A stretch of DNA of 60,377 nucleotides, counting the filler, from Sphacelaria rigidula (lineage: Eukaryota), in assembly GCA_964200075.2 (NCBI GenBank). It is 10 parts of 10 records of this genome, joined end to end, with 100 filler letters (N's around TTAATTAATTAA, not from the genome) between each part and the next. Parts side by side here need not be neighbours in the genome. Positions count along the whole stretch, not along the records: positions 6,049 to 11,996 come from CAXNAA020023289.1; positions 12,097 to 18,044 come from CAXNAA020023290.1; positions 18,145 to 24,092 come from CAXNAA020023291.1; 7 more parts are not named here. One strand, given 5' to 3'. This document shows positions 11,193 through 21,649 of the stretch, piece after piece (the first letter of the stretch is position 1; each line of letters begins with the position of its first letter). The notes beneath the pieces were generated by a model. That model saw only the letters and a program-made list of their open reading frames with translations, ran no database searches and was not told where the DNA came from. The position numbers and the translations under genes were made by a program.

Positions 11193-11450
11193 TGTGACGA
11201 AAATACGCCGTTACGTTGAGTTGGTAGTGATGATATGTATAATGACTGGGGGCACGGGGATTCTGGAGGGTTGTGATTAATGACCGGGGACACGGAGATG
11301 GTACTTGCGTGTCTGGAAAGCTGGTGCCTTGGAAGTTCACTCCGATAGTATGATGTGTTGTGAAGGCTGACGACTGAAAACAAGGCCAGTATGACTGGGG
11401 AGTCCCTCAACAGCAGCGATCCAGCAGTTCTTCTATTGGCTGGCGTCACA
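11193..11450 (+). repeat. 3' LTR of element B (258 bp)
   Basis: TGTGACG...CGTCACA termini; follows the chromodomain stop codon and G-rich tract. Confidence 0.92.
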
Positions 11451-12096
11451 TGCCCCTGGATGGCGCGGCTACTTCTTGAGTGACTATCCCAAAGTCCGCG
11501 AGCACACAGCGCTGGGCAACAGCGGTCTTGACTGCTGAGTTTATCATCTCAAAATGGAGGAAATATGGCGCTTTGGCTCAGCGCTGCGAGCTCACAGAGT
11601 CGGCAGAAGCGGCTAAAAATTATTCGACGACGATCCAGGGACATTACGTCGACAAAAACGTCGTCGAGTTTTATCAGTTTTAGGTTAGCGAAAGCGCTGT
11701 TTCGGGGCTGACCCTTCGTTTTCGAGGCGAATGCATATACTCTACGAATGCGTATAACATATGAATGGCCGATCGATAGAATGATACACAGAACCTCGTA
11801 TATGCTTGTAACACTTCACCAGGCAGGCGTTGGCCTTCGGTTGTATACTTGTCTCTTTTATTTTCAACAAGTATCCATGTCGTTTCATGAGTAGAATAAT
11901 CCTACGATAGGGGGGGGGGGGGGGTATTTTGGACCATTTGTTGCTCGAAATTTCGATTCAAATCGTTGTTGAAAAGAGCCAAGGTTGTTTGATAAANNNN
12001 NNNNNNNNNNNNNNNNNNNNNNNNNNNNNNNNNNNNNNNNTTAATTAATTAANNNNNNNNNNNNNNNNNNNNNNNNNNNNNNNNNNNNNNNNNNNN

Positions 12097-12260
12097 GAGC
12101 TGCATCCTGCTAAGATAGTTCGGCCCGAAGCCTACTGATTATCTTGCATTCGGATGACAGCCTGCAATGAGTTGTTTATTCTCTGGTATCGCCACTTCCA
12201 GAAACAGCCACGGCTTATACATTGCCTCATAGGTGCGTCACCATACAGAGTAGTTGGGGG
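12097..12260 (-). mobile_element. Fragment of the LINE-associated 3' repeat
   Basis: GAGCTGCATCCTGCTAAG...TATCTTGC matches ~30025-30090, ~47890-47960 and ~51690-51830. Confidence 0.65.
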
Positions 12261-12899
12261 CGCTATTCATGGGATTTTTCATTCAGATTTGTTTTTACTT
12301 CAGGAATTTTTAGACTTTTCAAAGAAAATAAATGCAGAAATAAAAGCAATGATAGATTTTCCGAGTAATATGCTGTCAGTCTTGAATTGTTCTATTCCTT
12401 GACCTGGTTGAGAATGTCAAAAGCCACCACCCCTACCCCCCTGGAATGCCTCGGATGTCCCAGAACTGTCAGCCTATGAAACTGTTCCGAAGCGATGCTC
12501 GCTGTCTAGAGGTTAGTGGGACTGTTTCTTTTCAGAGTTTCCAGGTTTTTCCGGGAGAAAAAACTTTCTCCCTGAGAAATTTGAGAACGTATTTTTCAAC
12601 CGAGGGCGTCCACGGGGGAGGGGTGGTGGGTTCTGCCAGAGGGGTGGGATTCTGTTCGCCGAACAGCCCAAAAGCTCACCAAGTCAACCATGTGTGTTTG
12701 GAAGTTTCCCACGGAAAAGTACAAGCTAGGTACGAGGCCCGGTAGGAGCGCCGTGACCATTCTGACCAATCACAGTCGTCAAAATGGTAACTTTGTTCCC
12801 CTGCAGGTGGACCAAGGTTGGAGTTCTTCGCTGTCTAGCCGTATTTCTCATTTCAGCAGCCGATCATCATCGGAATTGAAAATGGAGATTCTCATTGAG

Positions 12900-13340
12900 G
12901 ATGAAAACCCGGAGGATTAAAACTTCGTAACCACCAAATCTTCGAAATATGGTTGCATTCCTTCACTCACTAATAGCTATTGACAACTCCCGCACGCCAT
13001 ACAAATTTGGATCTCGATTACCGAAATACTGGGGTTGCACTTTTTTAGCGAAAAGCCTGTACATATACCAGTGGAATTAGCCGGAGCTACAGTCTACACA
13101 TGGTCGATGTTACTCGATTTTAGTTTCCACAACGATAATGGAATCTTTAGTGGGGCTTGACAATCCCGTGTGCTCCTAGCGTGCGCAGAACGCGTTTTCG
13201 TCCAAATCGGCGTCCAAATCGGCGCCACAGGCGCCAATTTGCGGTCTACCAACGTCACACTTTGCCAAAGAAACCCTGTGCACCTCCCTCGTCCGAGGGT
13301 CTCGGTACGCCTTGGGTTGGGGTTAGGGTTAGGGTGAGCG
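12900..13340 (-). mobile_element. Inverted partial copy of the telomere-bearing foldback element of contig 1
   Basis: 12940-13035 aligns with ~290-390. Reverse complement of 13100-13340 aligns with 490-760, including the telomeric tract at 13314-13335 and CCAAGGC.TACCGAGA. Confidence 0.75.
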
Positions 13341-15274
13341 ATAGTTATAAAATGTATCAATCACGAATAAAATGTAGCCCAACTCCGGTTACCTCTTTAT
13401 TATTCCAAACCATACGGAGGGATATAAGTTCTTCGCTACGATATTGACAAAAGTACGTGCGGCTGATCCGTGCCGCATGACAAAAACACCACCCCGACCG
13501 TGGTCACCAGGATCGCAAATTTAGTCGGGGCCAGCACAACCAGCGCAGAGTACAGTACAGCATGGTGCAGTACAGTAACATGATTTTATCTCCTCTCTCT
13601 ACTCGTCGCGTGGCTGACCTCCCTTTGTCTGCGTGACCTCCCACGGCCAGCTCGATTTGAAAAGTGGTGTGTATTGAGTATTCCGAATATCAAAGCTCAA
13701 TAGTCTACCCCCGCCTGCCTCTCATCCGTATATAAATACATCCCCGACAAATTATAGAGAGAAGGAGCTGCCGCGTGGTGTACCCGGCCACACAGATAAC
13801 CCAAGGTAGAGAGCATGGCGTGTACCGGAACAGCATCAGGGCGACCGTATTTTTGTTCACTAGCAATAACACTTACTCAATTAGCTCACTAGCAACCCAC
13901 GTAAGGGAGAGATGATGTTCAGTATGTATATAAAATCATGATAAACCGTACCCGGTTCCCCCCGGTGCGCTATCAACTTCGTTGGGATTGCGTTCATGAC
14001 AAATCATTGCCGCGTTCCCCCAGTGTACCACTACCTTGGTCAAGGCCGCTTCCAAATTGTTGCGATGCCCTGCGCAACTACTGAAATATTTTCGGAAAAC
14101 GATTTTTTAGTGGGCACTTTCCGCTCACCGTTCCGGGACTTCCTCATCCTTAATGAAGAGCTCCATCCTCATTTTTTTTTATCGGTGGTTAATGGGGGTC
14201 CTCCGCCCCGTCTGTCAACCATCTTCTCGACCCAGTCTTCCAGTCCCTTTGAAAACCGGTCAGTTACCCACGGGAAGTATCACACGTCTCGTGTCATCCC
14301 ACCGAGTGAGACGCTACGCGCGAACACTTATCGTCCTAGGTGAATTGAAGTGCACATATTGTACGTAGCATCTTCCTGCAAAATGGTAAATAGTTTGTAA
14401 TAATTGGCGGTCGCTACGAGCTGGGCCAGCCTCAAAACGGATTTAAGCCCTCACGGTCGTATCTCATCGACGGTGACGAATTGGACCGTGGTACACACAT
14501 CTTATAAGTTGTCAAATCAAGGGACAGATGCCCATCTGCTCAAAAGCCTGGTCAAACTTTTTCTCGTTGATTGAACGCCACGTCGAGTAAATCCCATGAC
14601 GTACGGAGATACCTGTATACTAACGTCTATACGAAACTTTGAACGATATGTACAGCGGAAGATGGTGTTTTTTAGTTTGAACACTCCCTGAAGCATGGCA
14701 AAACGATCGATACCCTCATCTCCATCTAATCCGTTTTCTATCTAGATATTGTACACACAAGATTCGATACAAAACATAACATATTGCGAGCAGAGGCACC
14801 GAGTGCACAAAATCTGGATTTCGCGTCTGGGTTGTGATGGTTGTGCGTTGAATTTTAGTATGGAGTACTGCAAGTTCACAACTAAAGCACATCGTTCGAG
14901 AGTTTGTTTTTTCCCATGAGTTAGGGAGGTTTTTGTGAAGACGAAAAAAGGATGCTCTTGACTCAGCTTCTCAGCTCAGCTGTAGAATTTTGCTCTGAAA
15001 TTCAGTACGAAGAATCGCAAGAGCATACTGGAAACAAGACAAAAATGGTCCTTGGTTTTTTCCGTGAGCTGAGGACGTCCTCATGAAAAATGGTCCTTGT
15101 GTTGCGAAAATGTCCCCAACTCTCCACAATAAAAAATAAGCAAATATCCCGCAGTTTGTTTGATCACTATGCCCTTGCCATTCTCCCCTCAAAATATCAA
15201 AGCACAATTCTCAAAAGTGGGCTGCTACATGGCCTACAGCATACAGCTCTGTTTGTAGGCTGGCACAGCTCGTT

Positions 15275-15627
15275 GCGTGTGTGTGTGTATGTGGGTGTGT
15301 TATCCCATCTATTCTAGACGTCATGCAGCCTTTATGTGGGCGCAACAGCCAGAATCACACAAGAAGGTGAGCACGGGAATTTTTATTTGTTTTCGGTACT
15401 CCACCTTCCTTTTGCGGTGTTGACAATTTCTTTTATCGCGAGACGCGTTCAGCAGCCCCTTCCCCTCGGCGACCGAAGACATGATTTTTGTACCCACGAC
15501 GTAGTCGCTCTCCACTATTAGGCATGATGTGAGAAAAAACCCAGATCGTGTGACTTTACTGAGACTCAAGCCAACGTCCCAACCGTCAGAAGGTTTCGAG
15601 AATTACCAAACTGAGCAACCGGGGCGA
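15275..15627 (-). mobile_element. tRNA-derived SINE, diverged copy with (CA)-rich tail
   Basis: Reverse complement aligns over ~350 bp with 36493-36845. Confidence 0.85.
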
Positions 15628-15769
15628 CCGGCTTTAAAACTGAAATCCCCATCTCAATTTTGATTGTTGGAATTCAAATTTTGTTGTTTGGATGACTTGG
15701 GGAACTTTTTAGTAAAACTGAATATCGTTTTCGGTCCTTAGCTCGTAGAATAACAAACACAGAGAAGAA

Positions 15770-16157
15770 CATGTTCGTGACATCAGGAATGTTTTTTTTT
15801 CAGAACGAGAGGTTTTTCGTGATTTACACCAAGACGGTCGAATCGTCTGAAACGGCCGTCACCTCCCTGGAAGCCCGTGTGATCTGACGGGGATTTCGGT
15901 GTATAAAAATATTTGAAATTGATGTGATCAGTTCATGAGGGAAATGTGTCCAAAAAGAGAAATTAGGTGTCGCACATTTTCGACCGTATCTCATGGGAGG
16001 CGTCACCGATTTCAAACCTGCTTGCACAAAAATTCCGGTCAGATCACCGGCTTTGAGGGGGGTGACGGCCGTTTCGGACGATTCGACCGTCCTGGTGTCA
16101 ATCACAAAAAACTTCCCGTTCCGAAAACAAAACTCGTTATCTCTTCTCACGAACATG
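15770..16157. mobile_element. Foldback MITE, ~390 bp with ~125-bp imperfect inverted arms
   Basis: 15770-15898 is the reverse complement of ~16030-16157 (GACGGTCGAATCGTC(T/C)GAAACGGCCGTCACC). Confidence 0.75.
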
Positions 16158-16189
16158 GATGGCGCTCAAGATCCCAAAGTTCTTCTTTG

Positions 16190-17050
16190 ATTATGCCCTA
16201 GTAGTTTGTCCTACCAATTATCCAACTGTAACTCTCCAAATTGAGGTGAGAATCGTGTCGCAACCTACAGATCCGCTTCTTGGCTGTCCCAAGTCGCATA
16301 TACTTCAACTGGCACACCATGAAAAACGGCCCGTTCTTCTTCAGCGTCCACGCTACAGCAGTCACCCCAAACTCCGTTGTTGCCAAACATCAACAAACGT
16401 GATCATCCCCCTGGATGGTCAATTCCCTTCCAACGTCACTCCGAAATCGACAACAGCATCCAGATCGTCAATATCTTCTCCGACATGCATGGTACATAGC
16501 CCCGTACGTCTCGGGTAGGGGTCGACCGAACGAATTCCGAGCTGACGAGAGGTGCAGTCTTGGGTAGCAGTTCTTGAGTGTCCAAATATACTGTGCACCA
16601 GTGCTTTTCATCCGGGTACTGCGGGTCGAGGGAATAATTGGCGGGCAATTTCTCCACTAGCGAGAGCTTTCCTATGTTGCCAAAGACTCATCTCACAGCT
16701 TCTGTGATAAGTCAACAGGTCCATCCCAAGATTTTTTTAGCTTCAGCAACTACAACATCCAACTGGTCTCCCTGCTTTTCGGAGCACTGTGCGCTCAGAC
16801 GCATTTGAAAGCTCCCCATTGGCGACGATGGCACCTCCCGTATTCACTATCCCTTACGGTGGTCTGACTTCGTCTGTATCCTGTCTGATGTGAATATATT
16901 CTGTTCATATGGGGAGCATGAAGGATGAAAAATTGTAGAGATTACACGAACATGGCAGCACATGAGGAGCTCACTCTTTGGTGTGGTGTGAGGCTTCGTA
17001 GAGCGATGAGCGTTGCAAGTTGGCAGTAAGCAAGTCCGGTTTCACCCTTA
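16190..17050 (-). pseudogene. Highly decayed Ty3/Gypsy pol remnant (different family)
   Basis: Weak RNase H-like segments (DAVVDFGVTLE; ATTEFGVTAVAWTLKKN) across broken frames; recognised by eye only. Confidence 0.35.
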
Positions 17051-17385
17051 AGGTGGTTGTCGGTGGGAAGCCTTAGGCAACGGATCTGAATTCCCACGTG
17101 ATTTTGGTTGTCCATACTCGGAAATTCAAAAACACGGCCTGACGCGTTATGGTGGATCGGCGCGCGATGATAAGGGCAGGCAAGGGGCCTCAGTATCAGG
17201 TTATTCAGTGGGCTGCCGCCTCCCTCTAGAGTAATCGCCTCGTCGTGGATTCCGCGCTGGGGGCGTGGTGGTGGGAGGTGAGGAGAGTACGCATTACTTT
17301 TGGTTTGGCACGCTTCTTTTGCATGAATAACGCCCCGTTACTCGTCGTACAACCTACTACTATCTCGCAGTCTTATTTCAGTTGT

Positions 17386-17598
17386 GAGTGATGCTACGGT
17401 AGTGGTAGTACAGAAATAATTTCTGAGGTTATAATTGTTAGGAACCCCTTATCTCATCCAAAACACGACTTATGAAAATATGCGAGAGTACNNNNNNNNN
17501 NGGATGCCCTGGCCCATATTCTTGTGCGTCTAGAATCGTTAGGAGCCCTGAACCACAACATTTTGCGATTAAAGTGCACCCCTACCGTAGCATTGCTC
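17386..17598. mobile_element. MITE with GAG...CTC termini and 4-bp TSD (TTGT), Sola-like
   Basis: TTGT|GAGTGATGCTACGGTAG ... CTACCGTAGCATTGCTC|TTGT; contains a 10-N gap. The same terminus occurs at 18229/18482, ~27490-27515 and ~54445-54477. Confidence 0.7.
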
Positions 17599-18228
17599 TT
17601 GTGAGAGAAGCGAGTCCATGAACGATTCGGAGGGAATACGTTTGACTGATCCATTCACCTATATATCCGCTTTATATTTTGTGCTACTCCTCAGTAGCAG
17701 GGCTGCGGCAGATGGGCTCCCACACAACAGCGGAGGACCCAGCACAGTGCGGTAAAAAAACACTACTTGTCACATAATGTGACCTCCACAGCATGGTGGG
17801 AATCTGGGGCATGGGTATGGGCATTCATTTTCATATAGTTCCGATCAATCAAAAACCGCTCCAAGGAAGGTTTTGCTTCATTTGTGTAGTGCCGTGTAGT
17901 TCCGACTTTAATATTCACAGAGGCTCATGAACTACCGGCACTTTTTACGATAGCCCCCCCCCCCCCAAACCAGCTCAAAAGTGTCACGAAAAAAATGGCC
18001 ATACAGCGCCTTATGTTTGGGTTCAGGCTGCATAAAGCGCGTCANNNNNNNNNNNNNNNNNNNNNNNNNNNNNNNNNNNNNNNNNNNNTTAATTAATTAA
18101 NNNNNNNNNNNNNNNNNNNNNNNNNNNNNNNNNNNNNNNNNNNNAGGCGATGTATGGCCATCTTTTTCGTGACACTTTTAGCTGGTTTGGGGGGGGGGCT
18201 ATCGTAGAAAGTGTCGCCTTTTGTTATG

Positions 18229-18482
18229 GAATGATGCTACGGGAGGGTTGCACTTTTTTGAGCGACAATGTTTCTCAGGGTGTTGCACGGATCATTTTGG
18301 GAATCGGTATTATTTTTACTTGAAAAAGACTAAAAATGATGCCGATTCACGAAAAGGCCTCTGTGTTCATCTACATGTCCTGTCCCTGGAGATTTAGGTT
18401 GCACAGTAAGCCCCATATATTTGGGCTTCTACAAAAACGAGACCCAGAAACAAAAAGTGCAACCCCTGTCGTAGCATTGCTC
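18229..18482. mobile_element. Second MITE of the GAGCAATGCTACG-terminus family
   Basis: ~30-bp imperfect TIRs ATGCTACG..AGGGTTGCACTTTTT / AAAAAGTGCAACCCCT..CGTAGCATTGCTC; no clear TSD. Confidence 0.65.
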
Positions 18483-18519
18483 AATACACCTTTACCCCGA
18501 GTGCTGTTTGAGGTGTCTC

Positions 18520-18726
18520 TAATGCGTGAGAGGACCGCGTGCTTAGAGGACCACGCCGTAGTTCAAAACACCTCAGGATCGATGTTTTTCTAAACCAATC
18601 GGGCCAGTCCCTGCGGGAACCGCGCCCCTGACCATAACCCCAACCCTAACCCTAACCCTAACCCTAACCATGGGGATGTTCAAACTCCGATGCGGCCTTC
18701 TAAGCACGCGGCCCTGTCACACATTA
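18520..18726. mobile_element. ~207-bp MITE with ~55-bp TIRs enclosing a (CCCTAA)n telomeric array
   Basis: TAATGCGTGAGAGGACCGCGTGCTTAGA... versus ...TCTAAGCACGCGGCCCTGTCACACATTA; array at ~18627-18669; GTGTCT close to both ends. Confidence 0.75.
18627..18669 (+). repeat. Interstitial telomeric repeat: four CCCTAA plus degenerate units
   Basis: Read directly from the sequence. Confidence 0.9.
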
Positions 18727-19029
18727 CAGTGTCTATCGCATCAGCTTCAGGCTCTTCGTCATCATCCATGAACCTTGAATCCCAGTGCGTCGTATAAATA
18801 CGCATAAAATGCTGTATATGGAGACTTCCTCTTTCCCAATTGTATTGCAGCACATCGACGGTAAGTGCGTTTCGTGTAATCATCATCGCAGAGTGTGTCG
18901 GTGTTTGATCAGCTATACCTATATCGTGGTTTTTTGTGTTGTATTTCGCGTAACAAAACAGTCGGGTAAATGGGAGCTTGTTGTCGTAAGCAAGCTGCGT
19001 GTGTTCATTGTTCCGCCTTTCGCGTACAA

Positions 19030-19330
19030 CAACATTCTCGTGATATTGAAAGTAAAGCTCTGATCGAAAGTGGCTTTGATCATTCGCTCTAGCTTGGCCA
19101 TTTTTCATGCCGTGTATGCTTCTCTCTGCCTCTTTGACTTGCGTGTGCTTACAGCTATACGTCGATATCATACTCGGGAATATCAAAGGCCTAAGTGGCC
19201 AGCTACTGAGGGAACTATATTAGGCCTCGTGGAGGGGCATTTCGGAACTGAAACGATTCATTCACTAATTAATTGACCTCTTACCACTCTTAATCGTATC
19301 CTCTACTCTCCATCTCACGAACACACTGTC
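19030..19330 (+). repeat. Dispersed repeat shared in inverted orientation with ~43130-43440
   Basis: Translations VLTAIRRYHTREYQ...GLVEGHFGTE and VLTATRRYPTEEYQ...GLVEGHFRTE align. Confidence 0.75.
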
Positions 19331-21425
19331 GTGCCTTCTACGTGTCAATTACCACCTTCTGCTGCGCGCACAAGAAACGCACCGCATGATTATGCGGGTT
19401 TCTCGCCCTTCAGGTAGACTATCTCACGTCCTCGAGACGGCCGAGCATACTGCTGCCGCCTACGCTCGAAACCATGTTCTCCACTGGAAAAACAGCTCGA
19501 GCAAGTCAAATCAAGTGAATGACTGACAATGTGCAAAACACACTGTCGCCTCGCGATACGTCCTGCCTCTCCCCCCTTGTTCACATCCTTCGTGATGCAG
19601 GCTACCACCCTGGCCCCCTCGACGGATTGAGGAAGTTTCACTGTCCCGGATGCGAGCAAGACACTACTTGCCCGCTCTGCATGACCACTTTGGTGAGTCT
19701 ACGTTCCGTGGCCAAACATTGCCATGAGTGCTACAAGTATGCATGGACGAAGGCCGATCGATCGGTGAGATGGACGTCGAGCGAGACATTGTCCGCATAT
19801 TCTACTCAGTCAGTGGTGGTGGACAGATGCACTGGGCAGCAGCATGTCGGTAGAGACTGTATGTGAGCACTGTGTTGCAGGTCTGCCGGCAATTGTCGCT
19901 TCGACACAGCGCAGTTGAAGACAAGACTTCGTCAGCTTTACTTCTCTGATCGGGGACCTGTGTATTTACAGCGAGTTGTAGCGATCACCTGAACGACGGT
20001 ACATCGAGTCGATGCATCTCGAGCATACCTCGATTCCCGTACGTACGCGTACGAATGAGGTACGCGTCTGACTCGAGAGCAGGACCGCCGAAGCAACGAA
20101 AGCGGTAATAAGGCGTGCTTCCAATCACCCGTCGTTACGATTCGGCGGGTTCCAGTATCGCAACTTCGTCGGGTGTTTGTTGGACTGAAGAGCCAGGCAC
20201 ACATGGTACTTCACTGCCGCGAGCAAGGGCTTCCGTGTTGATTCCATCGTTCGTGATCCGTGCCAAAACTGCAGAACAAGTAGGAAATAGCCACGCAAGT
20301 AAAGTACGTACACTGTCGTGATCTACATGGCCATTTTGTCTGCAAAAGAACGTGTGCGTGCTCAGACCGCCCTGTCAATCCGTCCCCGAATGCGAGACTA
20401 GCCCGTAATCTCATGGAACGGGTGCCCATCGGTCCCCTCGCACCTGCCGTGCACACTTTGTTATCGAGCATTGGGTCAACGCTCCCGCAGCCCGTCGATG
20501 CTCATCGGACTATCGTGTCAGCTCTTGTCCGCACGTTTCTTCACAACGGGGATTGGTGATGTCAACGTCGGTAGTGTTTGTGCATGTATGGTGCTCAGTG
20601 CTCATTGTAGCATATGATGTTCTGTGAATACTCGCTGCATCTAACGTCGTGACGCAAGAAGAGTGAAACATTGCGCATTCGTTCTATCTGGCAATCTTGC
20701 CACACATCAGTAAGTAGGCTACGAATGTCTGCCCCAGAGAACTTTGTGCGTTGGGTCATTCGGCAAACTCGCTCACGGAATCACACTGTTCATGCGACCC
20801 CCATGTTCGTCATATGCGCCGCTCGTCTATCATCTGCTCCGGGTGTTTGTCATACCTGTCGAAGCGTATTATCCCAGCTGCTGCTTGAATATCGGATATG
20901 TACCCGTGTTGCCCAGGGGTAGACGTCATTGTCTTGTTTTTATGTAGAAGTCAAACTCACCACTGGTACTGTACCGCTTGGGCCAGGTCAAGCTGAGTAC
21001 GCTGCGATTCGTACGTACATTGATTGACTCGTATGAGTATGGCATATGTACCATGGAAGAAGGCAGTGGGTCAGTTTCGGTAGTCACCCTTTATGTTTTC
21101 AGCCGCCAGCACTTGAGAAATACCGTTATGTAGTGCCGTCCACTGCACCATTGCCGGACGGGGGTCGAGCTTCACGCCTGTTTGGACTCGTACCCTAGCT
21201 AGCTCATGAGTTGATATGTGGTGATATACTGTTACTTGCACGTCATTCCTCTTATTGGCTGTGTGCCGAGAATTTGATAATCGCGTGCTGATCGCTATGT
21301 ACGCCATTACTTCGTCGTCAAGCTGGTTACGTATCTGACCGATATTCGACCTCCCCAATTATACGACCACCGTTGCCACGTGTAACGTTGCCTATCACCA
21401 GACGATAGCTGATATCAAACACTTC

Positions 21426-21618
21426 ATGTGCCTCAAGTGCGGAAAACGACTTAAAAATATCTTCGGTGATCCCGTGGGACACTCCACGGTGGTCGGGGTC
21501 ATCAACGCCAGCAGCGGTAACAGCGGCAGCAACAGTAACAGCGGCGGCGGCGGCGGCGGCAGCAGTAACAGCAACAGCAGTAGCAGCAGCAACAGCAACA
21601 GCAGTAGCAACAGCAACA

Positions 21619-21649
<31 letters not shown>

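Larger units (their letters stand above)
6171..11450 (+). mobile_element. Ty3/Gypsy chromovirus B with both LTRs, internally deleted (most of RT and RNase H missing), carrying two nested insertions
   Basis: 5' LTR ~6171-6392 (5'-truncated), 3' LTR 11193-11450 preceded by a G-rich tract (TTGGGGGTGC). Retains gag, protease, integrase and chromodomain (VLVDWVGFEVEERTWEP). Confidence 0.93.

Noticed and set aside
10211..11449. 412-aa antisense ORF over integrase and LTR, and similar antisense ORFs in elements A and C
   Set aside because: No recognisable motif and not conserved as an open frame among the three elements; expected by chance in GC-rich coding DNA.
17938..18215. Apparent inverted repeat spanning the contig 3/4 junction
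   Set aside because: The arms are on different contigs; a high-copy repeat at two contig ends is juxtaposed by chance.
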